DNA of 64,000 nucleotides from an uncultured Methanosarcinales archaeon (GTDB lineage Archaea; Nanobdellota; Nanobdellia; Woesearchaeales; CAZYIM01): NCBI GenBank assembly GCA_964647565.1, contig CAZYIM010000002.1, positions 32,001 to 96,000 of the forward strand, read 5' to 3'. Shown piece by piece: positions 55,404 to 64,000 of this stretch (position 1 is its first letter; each line of letters starts with the position of its first letter). The notes under the pieces were generated by a model. It saw only the letters and a program-made list of their open reading frames with translations, ran no database searches and was not told where the DNA came from. The position numbers and the translations under genes were made by a program.

Positions 55404-56726
55404 TCAGTCTTCACTCAATAGTTTGTCATATATTATCAATGATGTGACTGTTTCCCCGTGGACTTGGGCGCTGCTGGTTTTGGTGCTTCCGATCTCAGCA
55501 AAGGCATATGCGCCAAACAGAGGTACTGCGCCATGTTTAGCCTTGACAAGCTTGAGTGCTTTTTCCTCTTTTCCTTCCATCAATAATCTTCTGGAGCAGC
55601 AGTTGCAGAAAAAAGAAATGCTAATTTTCTTCTTGTTTTTATTAGCAAGCTTGGCTGCAGAAAGCATATCTGCCATTGTACTAAAAAGGGTTTTTTTATT
55701 ATACTTTAAGATATTGAGCACACTATTTGTTTGTAATCTGTGAGTGCTGTGCAGGGTCTTGCCATCTGGATTTGGAAATGCGACTTTAATATAACTTGTG
55801 TCCTCGAATCCTGGAATAGCAAAAGGTCTTTTTAGACTAAAGTTTTCAGGATTTTCTAGATAATCCTTTTTAGGTGCCTTGATCAGTCTGCAGTATTCTG
55901 CAACAGGCTCCCTGCCATTAAGTTCCAAAATCTCAAATCCTTTTTTATCCAGTTTAGTTATTACAACATAATCTTTTGTTGTAGAATAGCCGTGCTGAAC
56001 GCTGATCTCGAAATGAAGGTTAGAGATAACAAAGACGATGATGCCTGCCTGGTAATAGAGTTTTCCATTGGCAAATTGGAATGAATCTGCATTCTTTACT
56101 TTCTGATCTAAAAACTTTTCAAAATCATAACCTGCGCCCAAGCCAAATATAGGTACATGGGGGCCGGTGCATTCCATGATACCATCTATGAACTTGCTTT
56201 CTTCACCACCCAAATACTGGCCATTTTTCTTGGTTTGACTCGACATTGTGGTGAAAATGAAATAAGGCGGCGTCCTGATGATGTTTCCATAGTTATTCTT
56301 CTTGGTCCTGGTGAATTGGATATAAGAATCAATGTAAGTATCGCCATGGACGCTTTCAATAGCAGAGTTTATTGCATTAAAGCCTTTTTTGATTGGATTC
56401 TTTAGATAATTCTCAGCTACAGCAGTACTGAAATGCAGGTATTTGGAGTTTATGCTTAGCACCGATACTTGGAGGTCTGCATCGTAGTCTGTCTTGCTGT
56501 TGAACATCTTGTCGATTGATAAGCCCACCCAATTCTTACCAAGGACTTCATTAATTCCTTTGAGCACTTTTTTAGGATTACAGCTGGAATCAACATAGAC
56601 AATAGAGAACGTAGGTACATCGCCACACTCAGTCATGGCTTGCTTGGCTGCTTCTTTTGCAGCCTTGTAAGAATCCTTATCCTTGCTTGTACCAATACCC
56701 ACAGAAATGCGCTTATTGTTTGCCAT
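55404..56726 (-). CDS. FIST N/C domain signal-sensing protein (copy 2)
   Basis: AAKEAAKQA, VQHGY, ILELNGREP, FCNCCSRR, FGAYAFAEIG...HGETV. Confidence 0.88.
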   Translation of the reverse strand: MANNKRISVGIGTSKDKDSYKAAKEAAKQAMTECGDVPTFSIVYVDSSCNPKKVLKGINEVLGKNWVGLSIDKMFNSKTDYDADLQVSVLSINSKYLHFSTAVAENYLKNPIKKGFNAINSAIESVHGDTYIDSYIQFTRTKKNNYGNIIRTPPYFIFTTMSSQTKKNGQYLGGEESKFIDGIMECTGPHVPIFGLGAGYDFEKFLDQKVKNADSFQFANGKLYYQAGIIVFVISNLHFEISVQHGYSTTKDYVVITKLDKKGFEILELNGREPVAEYCRLIKAPKKDYLENPENFSLKRPFAIPGFEDTSYIKVAFPNPDGKTLHSTHRLQTNSVLNILKYNKKTLFSTMADMLSAAKLANKNKKKISISFFCNCCSRRLLMEGKEEKALKLVKAKHGAVPLFGAYAFAEIGSTKTSSAQVHGETVTSLIIYDKLLSED

Positions 56727-56795
56727 TTTGACTCAACCTCCTTAAAAACATTTCATATACTTCTGAGTATATAAATTTTGTCTTTGGATAGAAAT

Positions 56796-58115
56796 CTAGT
56801 CTTCGCTCAATAGCTTATCATATAAGATTAATGATGTGACCGTCTCTCCGTGAACCTGGGCGCTGCTTGTCTTGGTGCTGCCGATCTCAGAGAATGCATA
56901 TGCGCCAAAGAATGGAATGCTTTTATGTTTTGTCTGTACAAGCATAGTCGCCTTCTTTACTGTTTTTCCCATTAATAATCTTCTAGAACAACAATTGCAG
57001 AATAAAGCCATTACGATTTTGTGTGTTCTCTTATTATTTTTCCTGGACTCTGCTAATGTATCGACCATTGATGTATATAATTTTGCTTTTTTGCATTGAA
57101 GAATATTCATAATTGTATTGGGTTTCAGCTTATACGTACAGTATAGGAATCTACCATTGGGTGTCGGGAAGGCTTCTTTGATAAAAGATTCGTTGTCAAG
57201 CCCAACTAAGCCCAAGGGTCTTGTCAAACTATAATCCTCTGGATTCTTTAGAAATTTTTCTTTTGTCACGCCAACTAGCCTGCAATATTCCTTAACAGGT
57301 TCTTTTCCATTTAATTCTAGTATTTTATGTCCTGTTTTATCTAGCTTTGTTACAATTACAAAATCCTTTGTGAATGAATAACCATGCTCTACACTGATCT
57401 CAAAATAAAGATTGGAAATGACAAAAACAACAATTCCTGAATCTGTATAAAACCTACCATTGGCAAACTGAAATGACTTTGCAGTTTTCATCTTTGGATT
57501 GATGAATTTTTCGAAATCATAGCCTGAACCTAGTCCAAACATAGGAACATTAGGTCCTGTATATTCAAGAATTCCTTCTAAGAAAGGGATTTCTTCACCA
57601 CCAATATATTTTCCATCTTTTTTTATCTGGCTTCTTAGGATAGTAAAAATAAAATATGGAGGGGTCTTGATTATATTTCCATAACTTTTATTTTTTGTTC
57701 TTGAGTATTGAACTAAAGCATCAATATAGGTTCCGCCTTCCATTGTTTCAACTGCTTTCTTAACAGCTAAAAACGCTTTTTGTTTTGTGTTTTTCTTGTA
57801 ATTCTCTGAGACTGCAGTATTAAAACGCAAGTATTTTGATGAAATACAAAGCACAGAAACAGTCAAATCAGGATCATAACCAGTTTCATTATTGAACATC
57901 TTGTCCATTGATCCACCCACCCAATTTTTACCGAGCATTTCATTGATACCCTTGAGCACTTTTTTTGGGTCGCATGCTGAGTTCACATAAACAATAGAAA
58001 AACCCGGAATCCGTTCGCATTTCTTAATAGCTTCTTTTGCTGCTTCTTTTGCAGCCTTGTAAGAATCCTTTTCTTTACTTGTACCGAGTCCAATAGTTAT
58101 GTATTTTCCAGCCAT
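56796..58115 (-). CDS. FIST N/C domain signal-sensing protein (copy 1)
   Basis: Tandem paralog of 55404..56726 with the same motifs. Confidence 0.88.
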   Translation of the reverse strand: MAGKYITIGLGTSKEKDSYKAAKEAAKEAIKKCERIPGFSIVYVNSACDPKKVLKGINEMLGKNWVGGSMDKMFNNETGYDPDLTVSVLCISSKYLRFNTAVSENYKKNTKQKAFLAVKKAVETMEGGTYIDALVQYSRTKNKSYGNIIKTPPYFIFTILRSQIKKDGKYIGGEEIPFLEGILEYTGPNVPMFGLGSGYDFEKFINPKMKTAKSFQFANGRFYTDSGIVVFVISNLYFEISVEHGYSFTKDFVIVTKLDKTGHKILELNGKEPVKEYCRLVGVTKEKFLKNPEDYSLTRPLGLVGLDNESFIKEAFPTPNGRFLYCTYKLKPNTIMNILQCKKAKLYTSMVDTLAESRKNNKRTHKIVMALFCNCCSRRLLMGKTVKKATMLVQTKHKSIPFFGAYAFSEIGSTKTSSAQVHGETVTSLILYDKLLSED

Positions 58116-58143
58116 TCTCTTAACCTCTTTTATTGAAATATAT

Positions 58144-58617
58144 TTATTTGATTATGTACTCAAAATACTGCAGGGTCTTGCCTTTGTTGGTCAGTTCTGC
58201 TTCGACATCTTTTTGGAATAGGAATGAGAATGTGCCCGATAGTACAGCTGGAAGAACATGGAAGGCACCGCCATTGGCTGCCTTTAGAGATGCATCCTGT
58301 ATCCTGACCAGGCATTTTTTTTCCTTGTTCTTAAGATCGATGATGGTGAGTTTTCCAAGGCCGAAAGTCTCGAATATGTATGAGATGTTTCTTAGCATTC
58401 CTTCTTCCCCGCTTCCTACTTTCCTGGCATAATCCTCAACATCCTTCTTGATAGAGTTCTTAATGATTTTATGAGCCTTGCCTGGTTCCATCTTCTGCAG
58501 GTCTGCAATCACATCGCTTGGAAGCATGATCTGTCTCTTCCCAAGAACTTCTATCTTGCCATCTATCATCAGAAATTGTCTGGCAAAAAGCAGTTTTTTT
58601 AAAAAAGCAGAGAGCAT
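58144..58617 (-). CDS. V4R-like domain protein
   Basis: DGKIEVLGKRQIMLP...FETFGLGKL...LSGTFSFLF.KDV; adjacent to the KaiC-like gene. Confidence 0.7.
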   Translation of the reverse strand: MLSAFLKKLLFARQFLMIDGKIEVLGKRQIMLPSDVIADLQKMEPGKAHKIIKNSIKKDVEDYARKVGSGEEGMLRNISYIFETFGLGKLTIIDLKNKEKKCLVRIQDASLKAANGGAFHVLPAVLSGTFSFLFQKDVEAELTNKGKTLQYFEYIIK

Positions 58618-58665
58618 ATTATTGATTCACCTATTCCAATATAAATAATTTTCCCCCGGATGAAA

Positions 58666-59364
58666 TTAAAATTTGGATTTTAAGACTTTCATGCCGCCCT
58701 TGGCTAAAGAAAGAGGCACCGGACCTTTGACATGGTCGCTTCTCCTTACTTTTATGACCCGAACAGCCCTGTCTGACTCGCCGCCCAGACCTGAATAATA
58801 TAGGACTATGACTGCATCGCAGAGAAACTCTTCTACGCCAAATCTCGAAAATCCTCCTGTAAGATCGTTATTCATGGCATTGTTGCTGGCTATCTCAGAG
58901 GTCAAGATGGTAGTGCAGTTGTAGCCTTTTAGGATTTCCCTTATTTTGTAGATCTCCTTTTTCATCTCATAGAGGTCTTCAAATGGCATTGCCAGAGCTG
59001 TTAGTGAATCGATGACCAGTCTTGTCGGCTTAAATTCTTCCATTTGCTCTGAAAGCACATCTAAGAATGATGCTGTATTTTCATAAGGAGGCAGATATGC
59101 GAATCTTACTTTTGATCTAACTTCAGAAAAATCAAATCCGAGTCCTTTAATATCATTCTTTAACTCATCCTCAGTTTCTTCTAAAGAGATATAAAGGCCT
59201 TTTTCACCCTGTTGCTTTGCTCCATTGTATAGGAACTGCATGCTTAAAAGACTCTTACCTGTTCCAGTCCCGCCGGACAACAGGTTCAATGAGCCTGGCA
59301 CTAAGCCTCCCCCTATGATTTTATCAAATCCGGGTATTCCTGATTTAATTCTGTCTGTTGCCAT
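58666..59364 (-). CDS. KaiC/RAD55-family ATPase (single domain)
   Basis: RIKSGIPGFDKIIGGG, GGTGTGKS, ISLEE, RLVIDS, GVEEFLCDAVI, KVRRS. Confidence 0.92.
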   Translation of the reverse strand: MATDRIKSGIPGFDKIIGGGLVPGSLNLLSGGTGTGKSLLSMQFLYNGAKQQGEKGLYISLEETEDELKNDIKGLGFDFSEVRSKVRFAYLPPYENTASFLDVLSEQMEEFKPTRLVIDSLTALAMPFEDLYEMKKEIYKIREILKGYNCTTILTSEIASNNAMNNDLTGGFSRFGVEEFLCDAVIVLYYSGLGGESDRAVRVIKVRRSDHVKGPVPLSLAKGGMKVLKSKF

Positions 59365-59365
59365 T

Positions 59366-59740
59366 TTATTTTATAAAGCTGTCCAATAGATTATCCAGGA
59401 CTTTCTCTTCTTTTGACATGGTGGTCTGATAAGTGATTACTACTACCACCAATACAACAATGCTGAATATGAAAAGAATATTAACATATAGTTCGGGTAT
59501 TATGTTGCTAGTCCGGCTCAAGTATGCGATCACAATGAAGATCATGAATGCCATGAAGCCCTTGTTAAGGATGGCCATGGATCGCTCTCTTTGCAGCTTG
59601 TTCTTCTCGATAAGCACAAATATGAGCTGTTTCTCGACATCAGAAAGCCTTCTCTTTGGAAGTTCAAAAAACCTTTCCACATTCTCCTTTTTTTCAAACT
59701 CACTCTTTTTTCCCATCAAGTTTTTCTTAATGGTATTCAT
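59366..59740 (-). CDS. Small two-TM membrane protein
   Basis: Two hydrophobic segments; stop lies 1 nt before the start of the KaiC-like gene. Confidence 0.7.
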   Translation of the reverse strand: MNTIKKNLMGKKSEFEKKENVERFFELPKRRLSDVEKQLIFVLIEKNKLQRERSMAILNKGFMAFMIFIVIAYLSRTSNIIPELYVNILFIFSIVVLVVVVITYQTTMSKEEKVLDNLLDSFIK

Positions 59741-59891
59741 ATATAAAGTTATTGCTTAATTGAGAAGTAAATAATAGCACTATCACTGGACACGTAGGAA
59801 TTAGTGTTGCTGGTGTCCCTTGTAGTGTTGGCGCACTACCACTGGACAATCTCGCGTGAGCTATTTAAAGCCTAAAATCCGGAAATCTATT

Positions 59892-61016
59892 ATGGACGTG
59901 CTTGAAAAGATTCAGATTCTCGGTGCTGGCGGCAAGTTTGACACCTGCTCCAGTTCCTCTACCAAGCATAAAGTCAAAACAACAGATAGATTGGGTCTTG
60001 CTAGTCAGGCTGGCCTCTGCCAGACCTTCACCCCCGACGGCAGGTGTGTCAGCCTATTCAAGACTCTTATGACCAATGTTTGTTCACATGACTGTAACTA
60101 TTGCCAGAATTCTTCAAACTGCAAGAAGAAAACAGCCAGTTTTCAACCCCAAGAACTTACCAAGGTCTTCATGACTCTCTTTGTTAGAAACTATGTAGAA
60201 GGCTTATTCCTTAGCTCAGGTATTGCAGGTGATGCTGATAGGACCACAGAAAAGATGATTGAAACAGTCCAGTTGCTAAGAGATAAATATAAGTTTGCAG
60301 GTTATGTACATTTCAAAGTTCTGCCTGGTACTAGCAAGGAACTCATCAAACAGGCTTCTAAATATGCAGACAGGTTGTCTATAAATCTTGAAGCGCCTAA
60401 TAAATCGAGGTTGGCAGAAATCACATCAGTCAAAGATTTCAAGATAGATATCATCCGAAGACAGAGCTGGATCAAGAAGATAAAACCTCCTGGTGGCCAA
60501 ACAACACAGATGGTGATCGGTGCTGTTGGCGAAACTGATATGGAGGTCATCAAGATGCTTAACTGGGAATATGAAAACATGGACCTGAAAAGAGGATATT
60601 TCAGTGCTTTTATCCCCCAACATAACACTCCTTTAGAGACTAATTCTAGAGCTCCCTTGGAGCGTGAGAGACGGCTGTATAATGTCGATTGGCTTCTTAG
60701 GATTTACGGGTTGCCTTTTTCTGAGATAAGAGATATAACAGACAAGGGTATGCTTCCGCAAGAAGACCCCAAAATAGCTTTAGCCCGGAACTTCTTCGAT
60801 GGTCCGATCGACATTAACCAGGCCTCTCGTGATGAACTGATTAGAGTTCCTGGTATTGGCCCAATAGGTGTGCATAGAATATTGCAGTTCAGGAAACAGG
60901 GTAATCGGTTTAGGAAATATGAACAGTTGCATAATATTGGCATTGTTATGAAGAGGGCCAAGCCATTCCTGAATGTTGATGGCAAAGTACAGAAAACCTT
61001 GAGGTGTTTTGCATGA
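59892..61016 (+). CDS. Putative DNA modification/repair radical SAM protein with HhH motif
   Basis: DGRCVSLFKTLMTNVCSHDCNYC, EGLFLSSG, ADRLSINLE, RERRLYNVDWLLRIYG, LIRVPGIG. Confidence 0.9.
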   Translation: MDVLEKIQILGAGGKFDTCSSSSTKHKVKTTDRLGLASQAGLCQTFTPDGRCVSLFKTLMTNVCSHDCNYCQNSSNCKKKTASFQPQELTKVFMTLFVRNYVEGLFLSSGIAGDADRTTEKMIETVQLLRDKYKFAGYVHFKVLPGTSKELIKQASKYADRLSINLEAPNKSRLAEITSVKDFKIDIIRRQSWIKKIKPPGGQTTQMVIGAVGETDMEVIKMLNWEYENMDLKRGYFSAFIPQHNTPLETNSRAPLERERRLYNVDWLLRIYGLPFSEIRDITDKGMLPQEDPKIALARNFFDGPIDINQASRDELIRVPGIGPIGVHRILQFRKQGNRFRKYEQLHNIGIVMKRAKPFLNVDGKVQKTLRCFA

Positions 61017-61567
61017 CCTGTTCGCCATATATGTCATTACAAAGCCGGAAGAATGACAAGCAGATATTGGCTGCCACAGATGAATCCCGAAAAGACTATC
61101 TTGAACGCGGCAAGGAGTCCAAAAGATATGGCAGGACATTGCTGGGTGTCAGGTTTGAAGTCTCAAGGCACGGCATCTTGTACTCTAAGATTGAGACTTC
61201 TGAGAACATCGAGTTTGTGCTCGGATTCTATTCCAACCGCTTCCCTCTTTTTCTGATAGTATTGCAGACAACAGAGGGCTGCTATATGAAAGAATATGAG
61301 CAGGGTATCATCTATGTCAAGGGCAAGCAGCTAAAAGAGCTTATCCCCCAGCTTGAAAAAGAGATGCCAGTCAACCCTATCCTTGAGGACCTGGAGGATT
61401 ATTCAGATGAGATCTGGCACACATATTATGATAACCAGTTCATCGAAGAAAGATACAACAAGAAACATTTTATGAGGTTCATTCCAAAATACCAGCTGAA
61501 AAAAGAGAGTTTCAGGCATGAGAGATTTGTGCTGACAAGATGTAAGAGTTTGAAAGAATTTGAATAA
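61013..61567 (+). CDS. DUF4130-like partner of the radical SAM gene
   Basis: ATGA overlap and GAGGTG RBS; GVRFE...YSKIE and IWHTYY...IEERYNKKHFMRFIPK. Confidence 0.7.
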   Translation: MTCSPYMSLQSRKNDKQILAATDESRKDYLERGKESKRYGRTLLGVRFEVSRHGILYSKIETSENIEFVLGFYSNRFPLFLIVLQTTEGCYMKEYEQGIIYVKGKQLKELIPQLEKEMPVNPILEDLEDYSDEIWHTYYDNQFIEERYNKKHFMRFIPKYQLKKESFRHERFVLTRCKSLKEFE

Positions 61568-61651
61568 ACTTAAGTAATATTTACTGAATTCTTTATTATT
61601 AAGTAGTTACAATCGTAATACTTAAATATACCTTTTATTTACCTATTATAT

Positions 61652-63073
61652 ATGAACGAATTAAAAAAGTATGAAGAAAAAGAATTTTTCCTGGATATAC
61701 CCTTGCTGCTAAAAAAGGACCTTTTATCAACTGTCTTTCCAGATCTATTGCCTGATGTTGAAACGATCAGGAAGATTGACTATCCTCTTTTTGAGAAACT
61801 AAATAGGGTCTATCTTGATACAACGGCAACAAGCCAGGATCCGTTGACAGTAAGAAAACAGTTCAGAGAATATCAGGATACTCATTTAAGGGGCAGCAAC
61901 CACTCCAAGAACTCAGCTGAGGCCAGGGAAGCCCAGAAGATGTATGAGCAGTCCAAGGCGCGGCTAAAGCAATTCTTCAATGCCTCTAACTATCTTATCG
62001 GATTTACATCAGCAACAACAGACACATCTAACTGTGTTGCCTTTCATTTTCCATTCAAGAAAGGCGATCTCGCATTGATAACTGAGATGGAGCACCATTC
62101 ACAGATGCTTACGTTTAGGGAAGAGGCTAAGAAAGCCAAGACAAAGGTGAAATATGTCCCATTATCCCTACCCCAAGGACGTATAGATCTTGAAAAGCTC
62201 AAGGATATGGTTGACGGCCATAAGGACGGTAAGATCCTGCTCAACCTGGTGCATGTCTCAAACGTCAGCGGGGTAATCAATCCTGTCAAGGAAATCCGCC
62301 AAATGCTGGGAGACAGGGTCTATATATATTTGGACATGGCGCAATCAGCAGGACACATGCCCATAAATCTTGATGATCTTGACGTGGACTTTGCAGGCAT
62401 ATCCTCACACAAGATGTACGGGCCAGAAGGTGTTGGCGCTATATTTGTCAACAAGAGGAGCGAAAGGATGATGAGCACCAGGAGAAGCGGAGGCAGCGCA
62501 GTTAAATTGGTCTCCAGGCTTTTTACTGCATATGCAGATGCACCTGCCCGTTTTGAACCCGGCACACAGAATATTGAAGGTGCAATAGGCTTGATGTATA
62601 CTCTTGATTATCTTGATAATATCGGTATGGAAAATATCGAGAAGCACGATCGGACTTTAGGTGAGTATTTTATTGGAGAGCTGGACAAGATAAAAGGTGT
62701 CAATGTCTATGGACCTAAAGATTTTAACCAAAGAGTACCTGTGATCTCTTTTAACATTGGCCATTGGCTTAAGAAGAGCTATGACAATGTTGCCCGGGAA
62801 TTGGACAGCCGAGGCATAAGTGTCAGGGACGGGTGCTTCTGCGCACATACTTACACAACCCAGATTATGGGCATTCCTAAAGTCATTCATGAAGGAAGGA
62901 CTCTTGGCGTGAAGTGCGGAATCTCAGATGAAATGCTCAAGCTTCCGGGAGCTGTCAGGGCGTCATTTGCATTCTACAACAACATGACAGATGCTTACAA
63001 GTGTGTTATGGCTATAAAAGAATTGGCTGCGGGGAATAAATGTTTCACACAAGACAGATCTCGCACAGACTGA
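61652..63073 (+). CDS. Cysteine desulfurase, SufS-like (class V PLP enzyme)
   Basis: VYLDTTATSQ, MEHHS, HVSNVSG, DMAQSAGH, SSHKMYGP, FEPGT, RDGCFCAH, RASFAFYN. Confidence 0.9.
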   Translation: MNELKKYEEKEFFLDIPLLLKKDLLSTVFPDLLPDVETIRKIDYPLFEKLNRVYLDTTATSQDPLTVRKQFREYQDTHLRGSNHSKNSAEAREAQKMYEQSKARLKQFFNASNYLIGFTSATTDTSNCVAFHFPFKKGDLALITEMEHHSQMLTFREEAKKAKTKVKYVPLSLPQGRIDLEKLKDMVDGHKDGKILLNLVHVSNVSGVINPVKEIRQMLGDRVYIYLDMAQSAGHMPINLDDLDVDFAGISSHKMYGPEGVGAIFVNKRSERMMSTRRSGGSAVKLVSRLFTAYADAPARFEPGTQNIEGAIGLMYTLDYLDNIGMENIEKHDRTLGEYFIGELDKIKGVNVYGPKDFNQRVPVISFNIGHWLKKSYDNVARELDSRGISVRDGCFCAHTYTTQIMGIPKVIHEGRTLGVKCGISDEMLKLPGAVRASFAFYNNMTDAYKCVMAIKELAAGNKCFTQDRSRTD

Positions 63074-63789
63074 ACCTGGTTAACTCGCGCAAGACAAGAA
63101 ACAGGGCCAGCGAATTAATAGGGGCTGTGCAGGTAGAATATAAACGGCTTTATAAGCAGGGTTTTATCAAACCTGAAGGGCGGATTTCTATCAAATCCTT
63201 TGGTACTAATGCTGATGCAGGTTCCAATGAAAAAACAGGTTTTGACATAACTCTGGACTATAAGAGGAACCCTGTTCTTCTGGAGATCGCATATCGGGAG
63301 ATGATGGCAATAGAGCAGTCTCTCTTTGGGGTGCTGATTTCTAAAAAGGGCAAGCCTTTGTTTACGCCCTGCAATAATTATCCCACCTATATTATAGACA
63401 TGCCTCGGCTGGCAACAAAGGATTCCTGGAAATTACTGGAAAAACAAGGCTGGTTCCACAGTTGGCGCGGAAGATCAGATGCTATGAAGGACAGGGTTTA
63501 TGTGGCTGGAGTCATTAAAGTTGGAGGAAACGGTCGACCCAGTATTTATGATTTTGAAGACGTAAACCTAGTTCAGTTTGGTTCTAATGTTGGTTTTGGA
63601 ACCTTTGAGACTACATTTAAAACTCTTGATATGCAGGCCATCGAAAAGTTCTATTCGCATGTTGATGCTGTATATAAGAAAGGCATGCAAACCAAGAGAG
63701 AAGGTCAGGTGAAAGTTGAAAAACACTTTGATTTGTGTTTGCCGATAAGCCTGGCTGGCAGAGAGTTCGTATTGGAGTATAATGCTTGA
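63040..63789 (+). CDS. Hypothetical protein (up to 249 aa)
   Basis: Long ORF overlapping the end of the desulfurase gene; true start uncertain. Confidence 0.55.
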   Translation: MFHTRQISHRLNLVNSRKTRNRASELIGAVQVEYKRLYKQGFIKPEGRISIKSFGTNADAGSNEKTGFDITLDYKRNPVLLEIAYREMMAIEQSLFGVLISKKGKPLFTPCNNYPTYIIDMPRLATKDSWKLLEKQGWFHSWRGRSDAMKDRVYVAGVIKVGGNGRPSIYDFEDVNLVQFGSNVGFGTFETTFKTLDMQAIEKFYSHVDAVYKKGMQTKREGQVKVEKHFDLCLPISLAGREFVLEYNA

Positions 63790-63922
63790 CACTGAGCCAT
63801 TTGCTCTTGTTTTTGTCCAAAAATAGGTGTAACAAAAAGTTCTTATATTATGTTGTTTTTGGTTCTACAAGTATTTATAAACTATTGTTAGTAGGGATTT
63901 AAAAAAAACGAGGGAGTTTAAT

Positions 63923-64000
63923 ATGAAGGAATCTAATTTAGCACCAACTTTTGATTCGATAAAGTTCAGCCAGTTTATTCTGGACAACGATGTCTATGGC
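63923..64000 (+). CDS. Start of a gene running off the window end (MKESNLAPTFDSIKFSQFILDNDVYG...)
   Basis: GAGGGAG RBS and upstream TTTATAA; frame is open to the window end. Confidence 0.5.
   Translation, partial: MKESNLAPTFDSIKFSQFILDNDVYG

Noticed and set aside
59776..59848. CRISPR mini-array
   Set aside because: Only two 16-bp units, shorter than CRISPR repeats, and no cas genes.

Overview
Archaeal chromosomal DNA, most consistent with a DPANN lineage such as Woesearchaeota. The evidence is BRE/TATA promoters (e.g. CCGAAAGTTTTATAAAT), GAGGTG-type ribosome-binding sites, archaeal ProRS, DUF357, class III pilins and a tandem-Lrp regulator; the lineage call is inference. In order, the window holds: (1) the 3' part of proS. 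(2) A ~9.3-kb Rhs/YD locus in which one apparent Rhs/Tc-like shell is split into three polypeptides, each with its own export signal or anchor. There are two near-identical Rhs-core cassettes carrying unrelated C-terminal tips, and two secreted papain-fold enzymes lie next to the locus. (3) An rtcA, Ski2-like helicase and NUDIX operon. (4) An ~11-kb type IV/Tad-like pilus locus with a vWA adhesin and one gene interrupted by an in-frame TAG. (5) An accessory island between two cytidylate kinase paralogs (PrcB-C lipoprotein, JAB peptidase, MazF and HEPN-MNT toxin-antitoxin pairs). (6) A signalling/small-molecule cluster: PlsC, DUF362, a soluble V4R-like histidine kinase, LuxC/ALDH-like and LuxE/PaaK-like enzymes, a REC-methyltransferase fusion, two FIST proteins, V4R and KaiC. 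(7) A radical-SAM/DUF4130 pair and a SufS-like desulfurase. Non-coding signals are a two-copy structured 222/280-bp element with inverted ends, a 147-bp MITE-like element, twin hairpins at 39.3 kb, a recurring extended promoter motif, and two genes that appear to start at ATA/ATC. I recognised no rRNA, tRNA or CRISPR array. All family calls come from reading motifs by eye, not from database searches.
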